This document shows positions 63,782 through 64,000 of a stretch of DNA of 64,000 nucleotides, one piece after another (within the stretch, counting starts at the first letter, position 1; every line of letters starts with the position of its first letter). The notes beneath the pieces are model-generated. The model had not been told where the DNA came from and did no database searches. It worked only from the letters and a program-made list of their open reading frames with translations. Origin of the DNA: an uncultured delta proteobacterium (GTDB lineage: Bacteria; Desulfobacterota; DSM-4660; Desulfatiglandales; HGW-15); assembly GCA_963740905.1 (NCBI GenBank), contig CAVUFY010000012.1, forward strand, positions 213,040-277,039, written 5' to 3'. A program made the position numbers and the translations under genes.

Positions 63782-64000
63782 GGGAAGAGGAGGCAGGTTG
63801 ATTCCTGCTCCTGTCTGAAATTGTTATATTTTCCTGTAAAAGGAAGTACAAAATTATCCCCTTGGGATGAGAGCGTGAAAAATTCCGGCTACAAGGAAGG
63901 CGTGCATCTCAGGAATCCGGGCTGGAATATCTTTTAACATCATCGGCTTATGGTACCGTAGCTTTTGTTTACACTAGCTGTAGCCCTTTTAAAGGCTAGG

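Overview
This looks like a chromosomal region from an anaerobic, selenium-using Desulfobacterota-type bacterium (syntroph or sulfate-reducer-like, roughly 52% GC). The taxon is an inference from gene content. No rRNA, tRNA, CRISPR array, transposase or integrase was recognised. All family calls come from motif recognition by eye; no database search was run.

Main blocks:
- 0-5 kb: small Fe-S and metal-handling genes (DUF3786, TsaA, CooT, FmdE, IscU-like) and a PAS-type sigma54 activator.
- 5.4-11.6 kb: a sigma54-driven metF-like / hdrA / mvhD / metV / metF operon, all in the Cys form.
- 11.7-16.2 kb: a signalling cluster of one receiver domain, two ACT-like proteins and two histidine kinases.
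- 17.7-21.6 kb: a WtpABC-type tungstate/molybdate transporter plus a secreted FmdE-like protein under a sigma54 promoter.
- 23.6-33 kb: DUF134/DUF5320, a CDF exporter fused to a NifX-like domain, DUF364, universal stress proteins, CooT, a J-domain protein, a NifX-like protein and YqeB (the marker of selenium-dependent Mo hydroxylases).
- 33.5-44.8 kb: a heavily rearranged mosaic with split or truncated genes and a ~1.2 kb duplication. It also carries moaA, a TusA-like protein and a NifX-permease.
- 44.9-50 kb: a NifX-like / MinD-like Fe-S ATPase / IscU / radical-SAM cluster carrying several +1 frameshifts.
- 51-54.6 kb: archaemetzincin plus an NtrC-type two-component system.
- 54.7-63.8 kb: a sigma54-driven operon with two HdrA genes and one MvhD gene. 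Each is interrupted by an in-frame TGA exactly at the known Sec/Cys position, so the ORF track splits them. Two unusual GcvH-like domains without a lipoyl lysine are also present.

Most interesting candidate: a three-copy MoaD/ThiS-like beta-grasp gene whose expected C-terminal Gly-Gly is replaced by Gly-TGA-Ala-TGA. A strictly conserved 17-nt hairpin follows 11 nt after the first TGA, with SECIS-like geometry. In two copies the gene is paired with a DsrE-like selenoprotein and a Zn-ribbon/wHTH protein. I propose this as a possible undescribed selenoprotein and Se/S-relay module linked to Mo/W cofactor biology. It is a hypothesis only.
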